NCBI GenBank assembly: GCA_030649345.1
Contig: JAUSKK010000022.1
Coordinates: 10,613-42,612 of the forward strand
Length of the DNA: 32,000 nt
Source of the DNA: Candidatus Iainarchaeum sp.
GTDB taxonomy: Archaea; Iainarchaeota; Iainarchaeia; Iainarchaeales; 0-14-0-20-34-12
Direction: 5' to 3'
A program made the translations under genes and the position numbers. The notes beneath the pieces are model-generated. The model ran no database searches and was not told the DNA's origin. It was given only the letters and a program-made list of their open reading frames with translations. Each line of letters starts with the position of its first letter. Positions within the stretch are counted from its first letter, which is position 1. This document shows, piece by piece, positions 31,679-32,000 of the stretch.

Positions 31679-32000
31679 CAGTATATCCAGCCATAGATTT
31701 ATTGAATGGAAAAGCAGTTCAATTAATTCAAGGAAAAGAAAAAAAATTTGAACTCAACAATCCAGTGCAATTGGCACAAAAATTCAATGTTTGGTCTACG
31801 GTACACTTAATTGATTTAAACGCCGCCATGGGCCAAGGAAACAATCAAGAGATTGTTAAAGAAATTTTGAAACTTGGAAACTGCAGAGTCGGCGGAGGAA
31901 TTCGAAGCATTGAAAAAGCACAACAATTAATTGAATGGGATGCCGAAAAAGTAATTATTGGAACTCAGGCCAATCCAAAGTTTTTAAAAGAATTAAAAAA
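31675..32000 (+). CDS. hisA: ProFAR isomerase (partial, continues beyond the window)
   Basis: The ATG at 31675 overlaps the hisF stop (ATGA). The translation MTVYPAIDLLNGKAVQLIQGK...HLIDLNAAMGQG...RVGGGIRS matches HisA N-terminal motifs. Confidence 0.85.
   Translation, partial: MTVYPAIDLLNGKAVQLIQGKEKKFELNNPVQLAQKFNVWSTVHLIDLNAAMGQGNNQEIVKEILKLGNCRVGGGIRSIEKAQQLIEWDAEKVIIGTQANPKFLKELK

Noticed and set aside
1-32000. CRISPR arrays, rRNA or tRNA genes, IS elements
   Set aside because: I scanned the intergenic regions (all under 175 bp) and found no regularly spaced repeats, cloverleaf-compatible sequences or terminal inverted repeats with a transposase. The only repeats are the short regulatory-scale ones listed above.

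Overview
Low-GC (roughly one-third G+C by eye), gene-dense window of about 40 genes. It is most likely from an uncultivated archaeon, which is an inference. The grounds are TTTAAATA-type TATA boxes about 26-33 nt upstream of many start codons (leaderless transcripts), an AbrB/PhoU-type regulator, membrane-tethered wHTH proteins and a LAGLIDADG intein. Most of the content is housekeeping. It includes NAD(P)HX dehydratase, a K+-independent-type H+-pyrophosphatase, a secreted/envelope gene trio, an MBL-fold hydrolase, ScpB, an MFS transporter, a Glu/Leu/Phe/Val-type dehydrogenase, Bcp peroxiredoxin, an SDR, pterin carbinolamine dehydratase and a YdeN-like serine hydrolase. A RelE/ParE toxin-antitoxin pair follows. 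Next is a complete minus-strand suf operon (ArsR-like regulator, sufC, sufB, sufD, sufS, sufU) in which SufB is split by a 380-aa intein carrying a homing endonuclease. After it comes a small accessory islet (RHH protein, truncated DUF2130-like gene, DUF3800 protein), then a panE/DUF255/signal-less BtuF-like operon. The window ends with a translationally coupled histidine operon (hisG-D-C-B-H-F-A, running off the 3' edge). The strongest leads are all in or next to the his operon. An AbrB-ACT fusion protein sits directly upstream and is a candidate amino-acid-sensing regulator. HisC is fused to a HAD phosphatase, a candidate for the missing histidinol-phosphatase. The hisD-hisC spacer is about 100 nt, G+C-enriched and holds four hairpins with alternative pairings. 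A short-form hisG lacks a canonical start codon. Other leads are the SufB intein with a Cys/His-tailed ArsR regulator, the RHH/DUF2130/DUF3800 islet, and single palindromic TATA elements shared by divergent gene pairs. I saw no rRNA, tRNA, CRISPR array, transposase or integrase. All homology calls rest on motif recognition by eye and need HMM or BLAST confirmation.
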